Numbered from the whole stretch's first letter, positions 23,080-33,281 are shown. The stretch: 61,390 nucleotides of DNA, filler included, from 4 parts of 4 records of this genome joined end to end with filler, not necessarily neighbours in it; one strand, 5' to 3'. Notes: a model not told the origin generated them from the letters alone. Numbers and translations are program-made.

Positions 23080-24034
23080 ACCATTGATCGGATTGGCCGA
23101 GCAAGTTGATGCCTTCTTGTCTCATCTCAAAAATGAGCGCCGGTTGTCCCGCCATACGCTCGCGGCCTACCAGCGTGACCTAAGAGCGCTCTTAAAGTAC
23201 GCCTGTGAGGCTGATATCGATCAGGCGCAGGATTTGAAAGCAGCCGACATACGAGGCCTCATCAGCCAAGGGCACCGCAAAGGCCTCTCCGGTCGATCTC
23301 AGCAACGCAAGCTGTCTGCACTACGCACTTTTTTTGACTACCTTGCCCGTGAGTCGGGTGTTGATCTCAATCCCGCGCAATTGGTTAGTGCGCCCAAAAC
23401 CCCTCGGCGTCTACCGAAAACACTCGATGCGGATCAAGTCTCCAAGCTCTTAATGGTGGAGGCGCTTAGCTGGCACGACGTACGCGACAAAGCGATATTA
23501 GAGCTGTTTTACTCCTCAGGACTTAGATTGTCAGAATTGACCGCTTGCAATAAAAGCAGCCTTTCCTGGGATGAAAACACCGTCTTGGTTCGCGGCAAGG
23601 GCAATAAAGAACGCATTTTACCGATCGGCCGCCACGCCCAAACGGCGCTCAAGGATTGGTTGAAAGTCCGTGACAATGCCCCAACGAAAGGCGCGGAGAT
23701 AGATGCGGACGCCTTGTTCATCAGCGAGCGCGGCAAGCGCGTCAGCAACACCAATGTTCAAGCGCGAATTAAATCTTGGACCCGTAAACAAGGCAATGGC
23801 TTGCATGTTCACCCCCATATGCTTCGGCATTCCTTTGCCAGTCATATCCTAGAGTCCAGCGGAGACCTTCGAGCCATTCAAGAACTGCTCGGCCACGCAG
23901 ACATTAGTACAACCCAAATTTATACGCATCTTGATTTTCAGCACCTCGCTCAAGTTTATGATCAAGCCCATCCAAGGGCCGCTCGACGCGCTAAACCGGA
24001 TAGCCCCGCGATATTCCCAGAGGACAAAACATGA
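23057..24034 (+). CDS. xerC: Tyrosine recombinase XerC
   Basis: ELFYSSGLRLSEL, GKGNKER, HPHMLRHSFASH, QELLGHADISTTQIYTHLDF; dapF-yigA-xerC-yigB synteny. Confidence 0.96.
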   Translation: MTQSKGTEPLIGLAEQVDAFLSHLKNERRLSRHTLAAYQRDLRALLKYACEADIDQAQDLKAADIRGLISQGHRKGLSGRSQQRKLSALRTFFDYLARESGVDLNPAQLVSAPKTPRRLPKTLDADQVSKLLMVEALSWHDVRDKAILELFYSSGLRLSELTACNKSSLSWDENTVLVRGKGNKERILPIGRHAQTALKDWLKVRDNAPTKGAEIDADALFISERGKRVSNTNVQARIKSWTRKQGNGLHVHPHMLRHSFASHILESSGDLRAIQELLGHADISTTQIYTHLDFQHLAQVYDQAHPRAARRAKPDSPAIFPEDKT

Positions 24035-24747
24035 TCAAGGTCATTGGATTCGATTTAGACAATACGCTGTGGCCTGTTAAACCGGCGATTCTTTACGCCG
24101 AGCAACAACTCAAGAATCATTTCGCAGCGCTTAATCCAGGAATTGATTACCCGCCTGAGGATATCCAGGGTTTACGCGACCTTGTCTTAGCAGAACATCC
24201 AGATTACAGCTTTCGTCTCACCGACCTTAGGCGAGCCATACTGCACCGTCTTGTACAACGCGAGCAGGGACATCATGACCATGCCGAAGACATTGTAGAC
24301 CGCGCCATGCGGGTCTTCTTGAAAGCCCGTAATCACGTCACCTTGTATCCCGGCGCGGAGGCGGCGCTAGGCGCCTTAAGTCAGACCTATGCACTCTGCA
24401 CGCTCACCAATGGCAATGCGGATGTTGGGCAATTGCCCATCGGGGGCTTTTTTCAGTTGAAGCTTTCTGCAGAAGAGGTCGGTGCACCCAAACCAAAACC
24501 CGATTTATTCTTGGCAGCCCTTGCGCATTTCCAGTGTCAACCCGAGGAGATGGTTTACGTGGGGGATGATCCGATTTTAGATGTTGCCGCGGCTTCAAAC
24601 CTTGGAATCCACACCGTTTGGAAGACAACCATCGACGCGAGATCTGCCGCAGAGGCCGTACCCGCCTCAGAGATTATCGTTGACCTCACGGCGCTACCCA
24701 ACGCAATCGAGCGGATCAATACTCGAATCAGCACCGAGCGCGAATAA
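24031..24747 (+). CDS. HAD-superfamily hydrolase (YigB-like)
   Basis: FDLDNTLW, TNGN, KPKP..F, VGDD...DV. Confidence 0.9.
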   Translation: MIKVIGFDLDNTLWPVKPAILYAEQQLKNHFAALNPGIDYPPEDIQGLRDLVLAEHPDYSFRLTDLRRAILHRLVQREQGHHDHAEDIVDRAMRVFLKARNHVTLYPGAEAALGALSQTYALCTLTNGNADVGQLPIGGFFQLKLSAEEVGAPKPKPDLFLAALAHFQCQPEEMVYVGDDPILDVAAASNLGIHTVWKTTIDARSAAEAVPASEIIVDLTALPNAIERINTRISTERE

Positions 24748-26095
24748 AGTCCTTCAACACGTCGGGATCATCAACGATCGCAGTTTTTCGCGTTTCCAAA
24801 CTCAGCAGTGCATCCAACGATGGATGGTGGTTGTTGACGCCGGGGATTGCTGTCTCAACGGTGTCATCGAACTTTGCTGGGTGCGCCGTTGCCAAGCATA
24901 CCATCGGTACCTTGGGGTCTTGGTGCTTCTGCGCCAAGTGAAAACCAACCGCTGTATGCGGATCGGCAAGGTAATTAAACTCACGCCAAATCCCTTGTAT
25001 GCTCTCCAACGTTTCGGTATCGCTCACCGCATCGGCGGTAAACCAATTGAAGAACCCCGCGGGTTGAACCAATGAAGCGCATTGTTCAGTCTGGAAGCGT
25101 TTCATGAATGCCGCACAATCGGTTGCATTCTCACCGAGCTGATAGAACAAATATCGCTCGAAATTGCTCGCAACCTGAATATCCATCGCCGGGCTGTTAC
25201 TGAATCGAACGGCGCCTCGCTCATACACGCCAGACTGAAAAAAGCGCGCCAAAATATCATTCTCATTCGTGGCCAACACCAATTTGCGCAACGGCAAACC
25301 CATTCGTTTGGCAATGAATCCCGCAAATATATTGCCAAAATTACCCGTCGGGACCGTTACATCAAATTCAGCAGGCTGCTTTAGTTGAAACCATGTCCAA
25401 AAATAGTAAACCACCTGGGCCAACACTCGAGCCCAATTAACAGAATTTACGGCGCCGAGCGCGTAGGTTTCTTTAAAAGACAAATCATTGAAGACGGTCT
25501 TTAACAGGTTTTGACAGTCATCAAAACTCCCGTCAATACTCAAATTATAAACGTTGTCGTCCAAAACGGTTGTCATTTGACGTTCTTGGATTGGGCTCGT
25601 TCGCCCATCAGGAAACATGATGAAGATCCGAATCCCGGGCTTTCCGCGTACCCCCGCAATGGCGGCGCTACCAGTATCGCCACTGGTTGCGCCAAGGATA
25701 TTCAGTACCGCGTCCTGTTCAGTCAAAATATGGCTAAACAATTCACCTAAAAATTGCAGTGCAATATCTTTAAATGCGAGGGTTGGTCCATGAAACAACT
25801 CCAGGATGTGAACGCCACCGACGTTCACAAGCGGCGCGACTTCTGGGTGTTGAAAGTTTTTGTAGCTGCGCAGAACGAGCTTTTTAAACACCGCCTCATC
25901 TATATCTCCGACGAAAGGCGCCATCACTTCGCTCGCAAGTTCCGGATACGACAAACCCTGCCAATCGGCAAGGCGCGCGCTGACATCGGGGATCGACTCT
26001 GGTACGAGTAGGCCGCCGTCGCTTGCCAAACCCATCATCACGGCTTGGCTAAAGGATAGACCGCTTACGCCACCTCGTGTACTTCGATACTTCAT
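24728..26095 (-). CDS. thrC: Threonine synthase
   Basis: MKYRSTRG, LELFHGPTLAFKD, GATSGDTGSAA, VPTGNFG, DPHTAV, LATAHPAKF. ATG at 26095. Confidence 0.97.
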   Translation of the reverse strand: MKYRSTRGGVSGLSFSQAVMMGLASDGGLLVPESIPDVSARLADWQGLSYPELASEVMAPFVGDIDEAVFKKLVLRSYKNFQHPEVAPLVNVGGVHILELFHGPTLAFKDIALQFLGELFSHILTEQDAVLNILGATSGDTGSAAIAGVRGKPGIRIFIMFPDGRTSPIQERQMTTVLDDNVYNLSIDGSFDDCQNLLKTVFNDLSFKETYALGAVNSVNWARVLAQVVYYFWTWFQLKQPAEFDVTVPTGNFGNIFAGFIAKRMGLPLRKLVLATNENDILARFFQSGVYERGAVRFSNSPAMDIQVASNFERYLFYQLGENATDCAAFMKRFQTEQCASLVQPAGFFNWFTADAVSDTETLESIQGIWREFNYLADPHTAVGFHLAQKHQDPKVPMVCLATAHPAKFDDTVETAIPGVNNHHPSLDALLSLETRKTAIVDDPDVLKDFIRARC

Positions 26096-26192
26096 GCAGA
26101 TTAAGCCTTCTCGCGCTGACACTCATTATAATCTGCTATGGCTCGGAGCGACACTCTATGAGCGCGTCTTTAACGGTTTCCTTGGCGTCTGC

Positions 26193-26261
26193 TTAGACCG
26201 CATCAGCCCCCGTTTCGCCGGTTCGGATTCGTATGACGTCTTCAAGCGCAGTCACAAAGAT
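26193..26261 (-). CDS. P-II nitrogen regulatory protein (GlnK/GlnB), C-terminal fragment
   Basis: IFVTALEDVIRIRTGETGADAV* is the P-II C-terminal signature; cut by the linker. Confidence 0.9.
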   Translation of the reverse strand: MFVTALEDVIRIRTGETGADAV

Positions 26262-26361
26262 NNNNNNNNNNNNNNNNNNNNNNNNNNNNNNNNNNNNNNN
26301 NNNNNTTAATTAATTAANNNNNNNNNNNNNNNNNNNNNNNNNNNNNNNNNNNNNNNNNNNN
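26262..26361. other. Artificial contig linker
   Basis: N44-TTAATTAATTAA-N44. Confidence 0.99.
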
Positions 26362-27110
26362 TTGGCTGTTCCGGGAACTACGGCTTCAAGGACTTGCATG
26401 GTAATGGAGGGGTCTGAGCCTTGGTATTTATAAACTTGAGTTTCGGGAGTAATGGGGCTGGTATTTTCCAGATAGGTTTGGATTTGGCCCTGACCTTTGA
26501 GTTGAGCAGGATTTTTCATAACTTGCTTAATTTTGTCTTTAGAGATACGAATGCCAGAGTGCATGTTCATGGCTTCGTGGAGAGTTACTTTTTCGACTCC
26601 AGGTGCAAATTTATTCCGATCTAAATCTTTTAGAAAGCTAACATAAGGCTTGTTTAAATCTTCCATGGTTAGATATCCAAGCTGAATGGCACGGCCAAGG
26701 GCGAGGGCCGTATATGATTTAGTGATGGACATTTGATAATGGGGAAGATCGATGCGGCCTCGTTTGTAGTAGGACTCAAATAGTAGTTTTCCTTTATAAG
26801 CGATAAGCAGGCTATCATAAACATCGTGTTTTGAGTTAGCGATTTCTTCGGCTAATTTTAGGATTAAAGCTTTATTTCCACCATCATCTCCTAAGGAACC
26901 CACCTTTATGCCATCTTGTCGATTTTGTGGTGTTGTCGTTATATAAGCTTTTTTTAGATAGGGAACCTTTTTTTCAAGGTTATATGAGGAGTCCTTAGCA
27001 TTGAAATCTGTTACCTCAGGAGCGAGGCCATTGCTTTCATTAGCGCTTAGTGAATGTATCGAGTAAAGCGAAAGTAGGGTGAGTGTGGTGAGTTTTATGA
27101 AGCTTTTCAT
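26362..27110 (-). CDS. Secreted serine hydrolase, beta-lactamase class C-like family (3' truncated)
   Basis: Signal peptide, SLLI...GKLLFESY, S-x-x-K motif (MSITKS), M.SG, Y.Y. Confidence 0.8.
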
Positions 27111-27315
27111 TTATTCTCTCATTTAGTTGTCATGCACAATTATAAAATCAAAATACTGTTAATAGCAACAACGTCGCTTTTTTCTATGAATTGACAATGA
27201 TTAACAAATGAGCTTAAAAAGTAGACTACTTTATTGATTATGTAGTGAAAGCTGTCTATAACTCTGGAGTTGGCCTTGTGTTAAGGCCTATATTTAATCA
27301 TAAATTGGAGCGTCC

Positions 27316-27717
27316 ATGAAATACTTAATGATGTGTTTGACATTATTATTCACCGGAGCCTGTGCTACAGGTTTTTCAGGAAATGAAACATCAGTTATCA
27401 TTGATTCATCACCAAGCGGCCAAAAGTTTTCGGTAACTAATGCTAAGGGTAAAGTTGTACATCAAGGCGTCACTCCAGAAACCGTTATGTTAGATACAAG
27501 TGCCGGCTTTTTCGAACCTGCACAGCACAGTCTGAAAGTTGGTAAGCAAGCTGTGCCTTTGAAGGCAGAAATGTCGGCTTTCTACTTTGGTAATGTGTTT
27601 AATTTAGTCGGTTTTGTTGTTGACCCATTTACAGGAGCAATGTGGAATCTACCAGATGTTGTTACAGTTTCTGGTAAAGATGTTGATGCGCAATTTTCTC
27701 CAGACACAGTCAAGTAA
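27316..27717 (+). CDS. Hypothetical lipoprotein
   Basis: Lipobox-like FTGAC, then S.PSG...G.TP and C-terminal GN...G..VD..TGAMW.L. Confidence 0.75.
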   Translation: MKYLMMCLTLLFTGACATGFSGNETSVIIDSSPSGQKFSVTNAKGKVVHQGVTPETVMLDTSAGFFEPAQHSLKVGKQAVPLKAEMSAFYFGNVFNLVGFVVDPFTGAMWNLPDVVTVSGKDVDAQFSPDTVK

Positions 27718-27725
27718 GCTCTTTT

Positions 27726-27757
27726 AGTGTGCTCTTTGATAAGAGCACACTTTTTTT
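27726..27757 (+). terminator. Rho-independent terminator
   Basis: agtgtgctctt-tgat-aagagcacact followed by a T-run. Confidence 0.9.
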
Positions 27758-27830
27758 ATTTATTTTAAAAATTCGCTGACATGTTTCTATTCTTGTAGCG
27801 ACTCATCCATAAAGTTAAGGCAAGACTCTT

Positions 27831-28772
27831 ATGGATGATAATATTATGAAAGCCCACTCCGGGCCTTTTAAAAAACTGTTATATTTACTTCTCATTGTTA
27901 CCCTTTTGGGGGCCATTAAGTCAAGTTTTTGGAATGATGGTAGTCACACAGCAAAATACTTAAGTAAGATACACACTTTAAAAGTCAATAAGGACGCGCA
28001 AGCGGAATCCTTTTTGTCGTCTTCATTATACGAAGATGGCATTCAAACTGACTCAAGTGTTTCCCCTCAAGAATCATCTTTTTTTTTTGAATCGGCAGAG
28101 AGTTATTTTCTTTTAGATAAAGTTGTAGCTCTAAGTTTATTAGTAAGCTGCCTTTGTGGATTCTTCTTAGGAGAGAGCTCTCGATCAAGCCGTTTTATTT
28201 TTGGCGCTGTAAGTTTATATTTTTTATCAGAGGCTTTATGTATTTCCTTAACCGGTGGTAAAAAATACTCTGAATTCGCCCTCTTGGCTCATGCGACTCG
28301 TTGGGGGTTTCCTCTAATTTTGTGGGGTCTCTACGAAGGCGTTAAGTTTCAAAAGGCAACTGTTATGTTAGCGTCAATATGCTGTGCTTTGACCTTTGCT
28401 ATTCACGGCTGGGAAGCCTGGAACCTCAATCCTCCTTTTCAAGATCTTTTATATCGCTTTGGGGCGTTATTCGGATTTAGTTTGCCGGTAAACTCTTTCC
28501 TTAAAGTTGTTGGCAGTATGGACCTTTGCTTAGCTGTTTTGGTTATGATTAAGCCACGACGAGAGGTTCTATTAATGATGATCATTTGGGGTGTAATAAC
28601 AGCCTTTAGTCGGCCCCTGTGTATGGGTATCGAAGCTTGGTCTGAATGGGCCATTCGTCTCGCTAATGGAGTTGTTCCATTCATCGTCTTTTATCTCAAG
28701 TATCCAATTAAGTCTCCCCTGACAAATTCAAAAAATATTAATTACGCCATGGAGGTATCCCGTGAACATTAA
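27831..28772 (+). CDS. Multi-pass membrane protein of unknown function
   Basis: Several hydrophobic helices; overlaps the start of the downstream phosphoesterase. Confidence 0.75.
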   Translation: MDDNIMKAHSGPFKKLLYLLLIVTLLGAIKSSFWNDGSHTAKYLSKIHTLKVNKDAQAESFLSSSLYEDGIQTDSSVSPQESSFFFESAESYFLLDKVVALSLLVSCLCGFFLGESSRSSRFIFGAVSLYFLSEALCISLTGGKKYSEFALLAHATRWGFPLILWGLYEGVKFQKATVMLASICCALTFAIHGWEAWNLNPPFQDLLYRFGALFGFSLPVNSFLKVVGSMDLCLAVLVMIKPRREVLLMMIIWGVITAFSRPLCMGIEAWSEWAIRLANGVVPFIVFYLKYPIKSPLTNSKNINYAMEVSREH

Positions 28773-30003
28773 ATTCATAAAGTTCGTTATGTTGTTTTCT
28801 TTAATTCTCAGTACAGTTGGTGCGGATTCGAAGCAAGAGCTGAAGGTATTTACCGCGAAGTTGACACCAATGAAAGGAGTGACTCCAGCTCAATGGCGAC
28901 TTATATGGACTGGTGATGCTGCTCGAGAAGTAACGGTCTCCTGGTCTACAGCAGAGAAGGGGAAGACCCATAAAGTTTATTATTCGGAAAAGTCATTTGG
29001 TGGAGCTTGGAAAAAGTACCCTCAGAATGTAGAGGCTCAGCGCAACGGGAAATATAGCTTAACAAAAAATGACCTTAATAAAAAAGTTGCCGCAGCGTAT
29101 TATCATCACGCCCATATCAAAGGTTTAAAGCCATTCACTCAGTATCATTTTCTCATTGTTAGTGATAACGCCGCTTCACGACCTTTGTATTTTAAGACAG
29201 CTCCAGAAAGTGGTTATGGATTCTCTATCATTCACGGTGGAGACTCGAGATCAGGCTTGTTGGCGCGTTGCCGAGTCAATGAAAAAATATCTATGACGGC
29301 CAAAGAAAATCCGCATATTTTGGCTTTTGCTCATGGCGGCGACTATGTAGTTAAAGGTACTTGGGGTTTGTGGCGCTTATGGTTGAGCCAGCATGAATTA
29401 ACAACTGCTGAAGATGGCCGTGTTTTGCCAATTATCCCGACGAGAGGAAATCACGATGGTGGACCCATTTATAAGGAGGTTTTTAATATTCTTCCTAATG
29501 AAAGCGATTGGCACACGACAACAATAGGCAGGGATGTCGCCTTGGTGACCTTAGATACAAATGTTTCCGCTGGGGGTGCTCAGGAGAAATGGCTTGAAGG
29601 CGAGTTGAAAAGACTTAGGCCTCAAGTTAACTGGTTGTTAACTCAGTATCACCGCCCTTTATATCCTGCTATAAAGTCAGTTCCAAGGCATGCGTCTTTC
29701 TTTTGCCCTTTATTCGATAAGTATAATGTTGACTTAGCCTGTGAAGCCGATGGCCATTGCATAAAGCGTACAATTCCAATTCGAGCCGGGAAGCCAGATC
29801 CTAGTGGTGTAGTTTATGTAGGAGAGGGTGGGCTTGGTGTCGGTCAACGTAAACCAGATATTCAACGTTGGTTTCTTAAAGATGGAGTCTATGGCAGTGA
29901 GCATCACTTTATGTTGCTAGATTTTGATAAGACTTCACTTCGGATTCAGACTATACTTCTCGATGGTACAGTTTTTGACGATCATAGTTTAAAAAGTCGC
30001 TAG
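28762..30003 (+). CDS. Secreted purple-acid-phosphatase-like metallophosphoesterase with an FN3-like N-terminal domain
   Basis: Signal peptide, VSW.T...GLKP.T.Y, GGDSR, GGDY, RGNHD, YH.P.YP, EADGH. Confidence 0.88.
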   Translation: MNIKFIKFVMLFSLILSTVGADSKQELKVFTAKLTPMKGVTPAQWRLIWTGDAAREVTVSWSTAEKGKTHKVYYSEKSFGGAWKKYPQNVEAQRNGKYSLTKNDLNKKVAAAYYHHAHIKGLKPFTQYHFLIVSDNAASRPLYFKTAPESGYGFSIIHGGDSRSGLLARCRVNEKISMTAKENPHILAFAHGGDYVVKGTWGLWRLWLSQHELTTAEDGRVLPIIPTRGNHDGGPIYKEVFNILPNESDWHTTTIGRDVALVTLDTNVSAGGAQEKWLEGELKRLRPQVNWLLTQYHRPLYPAIKSVPRHASFFCPLFDKYNVDLACEADGHCIKRTIPIRAGKPDPSGVVYVGEGGLGVGQRKPDIQRWFLKDGVYGSEHHFMLLDFDKTSLRIQTILLDGTVFDDHSLKSR

Positions 30004-30181
30004 TAGTGCTCGTGGTTTCAAAGATTTTAATTAGTCGGAATTTACACCTTTAATGGATTAGGATAGTTGTCTTTTTGTCATTATTTGTTGTGAAAGAGAA
30101 TTTAAATCGAACACAATTGCTGTATGATTAACTAAATTACAGCAAATTTAACTGATTTTTAATAATATAACAATAATTACA

Positions 30182-30751
30182 ATGGCTGATATAGTTTTTC
30201 TAGACGATAAAAAAATTGTAGGTGTAGGGCTGCATCGAAAGTGTTATGTACACCCTAAAGCTCAAGACCTTTGCATAAAGGTAGGTCATAATATTAATCC
30301 TAAAGAAGATAAGAGAGAACTAGGTTATTATTCTTTTCTTAACAAGCGCAAAATATCTTGGGAAATGCTTCCAAAGTATCATGGTAGTATAGAGACAAAT
30401 TTAGGCTTAGGTCAAGTATTTGATTTAATTAGAGATGAGGATGGAACTGTCTCTAAAACTTTAGAGCACTATCTTGAGGTTGATAATTCAGCAATACCTA
30501 AGGAAGGCTTAAAAAATTCCTTAGATCAGCTGAAGAAATATCTTTTAAGACAAAATATTTTAACAATGACGATAAAGTCGAAGAATATAGTCTACAAGAA
30601 AAATAAGGATTTAACCGGTAATCTATACATCGTTGATAATATAGGTTACTCTGAGTTTATCCCACTTTGCAAGCTTTCTAAATACGTAGCAAAAAAGAAA
30701 ATTTTGCGTAAATGGGGAATGTTTGAGCGTTACTTAAATCATTATTTGTAA
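30182..30751 (+). CDS. YrbL-family kinase-like protein
   Basis: G.G.HR.CY.HP....CIK, RE..YY, YHG..ETNLG.G..FD.I.D.DG..S.TL, NI, IVD.IG. Confidence 0.8.
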   Translation: MADIVFLDDKKIVGVGLHRKCYVHPKAQDLCIKVGHNINPKEDKRELGYYSFLNKRKISWEMLPKYHGSIETNLGLGQVFDLIRDEDGTVSKTLEHYLEVDNSAIPKEGLKNSLDQLKKYLLRQNILTMTIKSKNIVYKKNKDLTGNLYIVDNIGYSEFIPLCKLSKYVAKKKILRKWGMFERYLNHYL

Positions 30752-31163
30752 ACTCATTTATATCTTTGTTTTGTCCATGAATAATAGTTTGACCTATAGC
30801 TTAATTAAATTTCGATCAACAATTTACTCCACGCTTTTTTAAAGCCGTTTTATTATAAATTTTCATCTTTTTTTGATTAGTTAATATGGCTTCCTTACAG
30901 CCGTTAACTTATTCTTTTGCAGGTTAATCTATTATTTTAGGCGTTGCTTTTTGTATCTTAATTTGAATTATTTTTTAACGTCTTCGATAACATTTTTTTT
31001 AATGGCGGTGTTCGATAAGAGACGCAATGCTCAAGTTATAGCTAAAAAAACTCTCATATAATCATTTAAATAGCCTAGGCTTTACGATACAAATTCCATA
31101 TACTTAGTAAGTCGGCACAAAATTCGCGTGTCACTGCATCAGTGTAAAAAGGATACGGTTTCT

Positions 31164-33281
31164 ATGGGTGAACTTAATAAAGAGAATCGGCTCAAGAAAG
31201 AGCTTGGTTTATTTGATGTCTATTCAATTTCCACCGGTGCGATGTTTTCGTCCGGTTTTTTCTTATTGCCAGGTTTAGCTGCCGCTAAGGCGGGTCCAGC
31301 TGTGGCACTTGCTTATCTATTTGCCGGTATTTTAATCTTGCCAGCAATGTTTAGTAAGGCAGAGTTGAGTACAGCTTTGCCTAGGGCAGGTGGAACCTAC
31401 TACTTCTTGGATAGAAGTTTAGGGCCTATGTTGGGAACTATTGGAGGGCTTGGAACCTACCTTTCTTTAGCCTTAAAAACTGCTTTTGCTCTTATTGGTA
31501 TCGGCGCTTATGCTTCAATCTTCTTAAATTTACCCATCAAGCCCTTAGCAGTGTGTTTAACTGTCGCTTTTGTCGGTATAAATATTTTTGGTGCTAAAGA
31601 GACTGCGAGTTTACAGCGCATGTTAGTTGTTACATTAATTGCAGTGTTGTCGTTTTTTTTATTTCAGGGAATATATGAAGTCTCAGTAACCCAAAGCGCT
31701 GAAATCACGAAGGAACGTTTTGATGACTTTATGCCTAACGGCTTTGCCGGTTTATTATCGACCATTGGTTTTGTTTTTGTCTCATATGCAGGTTTGACTA
31801 AGGTGGCGAGTGTCGCTGAAGAAGTTAAAAACCCTGATCGGAATATCCCTTTGGGGATGATGCTATCTTTAGGTTCAACAACAGTTATATATGTTGTCGG
31901 CGTTTACTTGATGGTGGCTTTAATTCCACCGGAAGCTCTTCATGTAGATTTAACTCCAGTTGCCACCGCAGCGGAAAGTTTCAATACACCCTTAGATTCT
32001 AAGACAGTTGTAGGCTTAATCGTTATTGCGGCTTTAGCAGCGTTCATATCAACAGGGAATGCCGGAGTAATGGCAGCTTCTCGATATCCTATGGCTATGG
32101 CTCGTGACTCTTTGCTCCCGGACAAGTTAGCGAACTTAGGTAAACACAAGACGCCAACAGCATCCATCTTGGCGACAGGATTATTGATGATTTTCTTCAT
32201 TCTTGTTCTTGATGCAGAAGGGATTGCGAAATTGGCGAGTGCTTTCCAATTGTTGATCTTCATGTTGGTGAATTTAGCCGTTATTGTCATGAGGGAGAGT
32301 CGAATTTCGTCTTATGACCCGGGTTACAAATCACCGCTTTACCCTTGGATGCAGATATCGGGTATGATCATTTCGTTTATTCTTATTGTCTACATGGGCT
32401 GGATGGCCATTTTATTTACAGTAGCGATTGTTTTGATTTGTCTCATTTGGTATTACAAATATGCCCGCAAACGAGTTAGTCGAGATGGCGCCATTTTTCA
32501 CTGGTTCAGACGTCTAGGCCAGAAACAATACGACGAGCTTGATCACGAGTTTCGCGGCATTATGAAAGAAAAAGGCCTACGCCAAGATGACCCTTTCAAT
32601 GAAGTTGTTGCGAAAGCTCACTTTATGGAAGTTGAAGAGACTGACTCTTTCGAGAATATTATTGCGAAAGCATCACTTGTTTTAGGTGACCGCATAGGCG
32701 TTGAAGCCGAAAAGCTTGAGAAATGTTTCTTAGAAGGAACTCGTACAGGAGCGACTCCGGTCTCCCAAGGTGCAGCTTTACCGCATATGCATTTGGTCGG
32801 GATAGACCGACCTGAGATGGTGTTAGTCCGTTGTAAAAAAGGTGTTCAGGTTGAAGTCTTTGATGTTCTCGGAGATGAAGTGGCTCAGAAGACTTATGCC
32901 ATTTTTATTTTAGTGAGTCCAGAAGAGAATCCAGCTCAACACTTAAGGATGTTAGCAGAATTGGCTAATAAAATAGATAAAGGTGACTTTACTCACCATT
33001 GGAATGAAGCAATCAACGCAGCTCATATTAAGCGATTATTGCTAAATGATAGTCGTTACATATTGTTGACTCTGCGCGAGAAGGATGAGACCTACCATAT
33101 GATTGGTATGGCAATTAGAGACTTAGGTCTTCCTGATGGTTGTTTGATTGCAATGGTTCAAAGAGGGACGCAAATGATTGTACCTCGAGGGGCAACGGAG
33201 CTGGAAGCGAATGATCGGATAATAATCATTGGTGAGCCAGGAGGTCTTGAGACACTTAAGGCCAACTACAGCGCGGCTTAG
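31164..33281 (+). CDS. APC-superfamily amino acid permease fused to PTS EIIA and TrkA-C (RCK_C) domains
   Basis: LKKELG, GAMFSSGFFLLPG, AELSTALPRAGG.Y, EEVKNP.RNIP and about 12 TMs. Then EIIA (T....GAALPH, HLRMLAELA) and RCK_C (LGLPDGCLIAMVQRG...IVPRGATELEANDRIIIIG). Confidence 0.88.
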   Translation: MGELNKENRLKKELGLFDVYSISTGAMFSSGFFLLPGLAAAKAGPAVALAYLFAGILILPAMFSKAELSTALPRAGGTYYFLDRSLGPMLGTIGGLGTYLSLALKTAFALIGIGAYASIFLNLPIKPLAVCLTVAFVGINIFGAKETASLQRMLVVTLIAVLSFFLFQGIYEVSVTQSAEITKERFDDFMPNGFAGLLSTIGFVFVSYAGLTKVASVAEEVKNPDRNIPLGMMLSLGSTTVIYVVGVYLMVALIPPEALHVDLTPVATAAESFNTPLDSKTVVGLIVIAALAAFISTGNAGVMAASRYPMAMARDSLLPDKLANLGKHKTPTASILATGLLMIFFILVLDAEGIAKLASAFQLLIFMLVNLAVIVMRESRISSYDPGYKSPLYPWMQISGMIISFILIVYMGWMAILFTVAIVLICLIWYYKYARKRVSRDGAIFHWFRRLGQKQYDELDHEFRGIMKEKGLRQDDPFNEVVAKAHFMEVEETDSFENIIAKASLVLGDRIGVEAEKLEKCFLEGTRTGATPVSQGAALPHMHLVGIDRPEMVLVRCKKGVQVEVFDVLGDEVAQKTYAIFILVSPEENPAQHLRMLAELANKIDKGDFTHHWNEAINAAHIKRLLLNDSRYILLTLREKDETYHMIGMAIRDLGLPDGCLIAMVQRGTQMIVPRGATELEANDRIIIIGEPGGLETLKANYSAA

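Noticed and set aside
23057-24034. Tyrosine recombinase as a prophage or island integrase
   Set aside because: It sits in the canonical dapF-yigA-xerC-yigB housekeeping context, with no att sites or cargo genes.
26193-26261. Apparent frameshift in the P-II C-terminus
   Set aside because: Counting the five-G run gives an intact TGETGADAV* ending.
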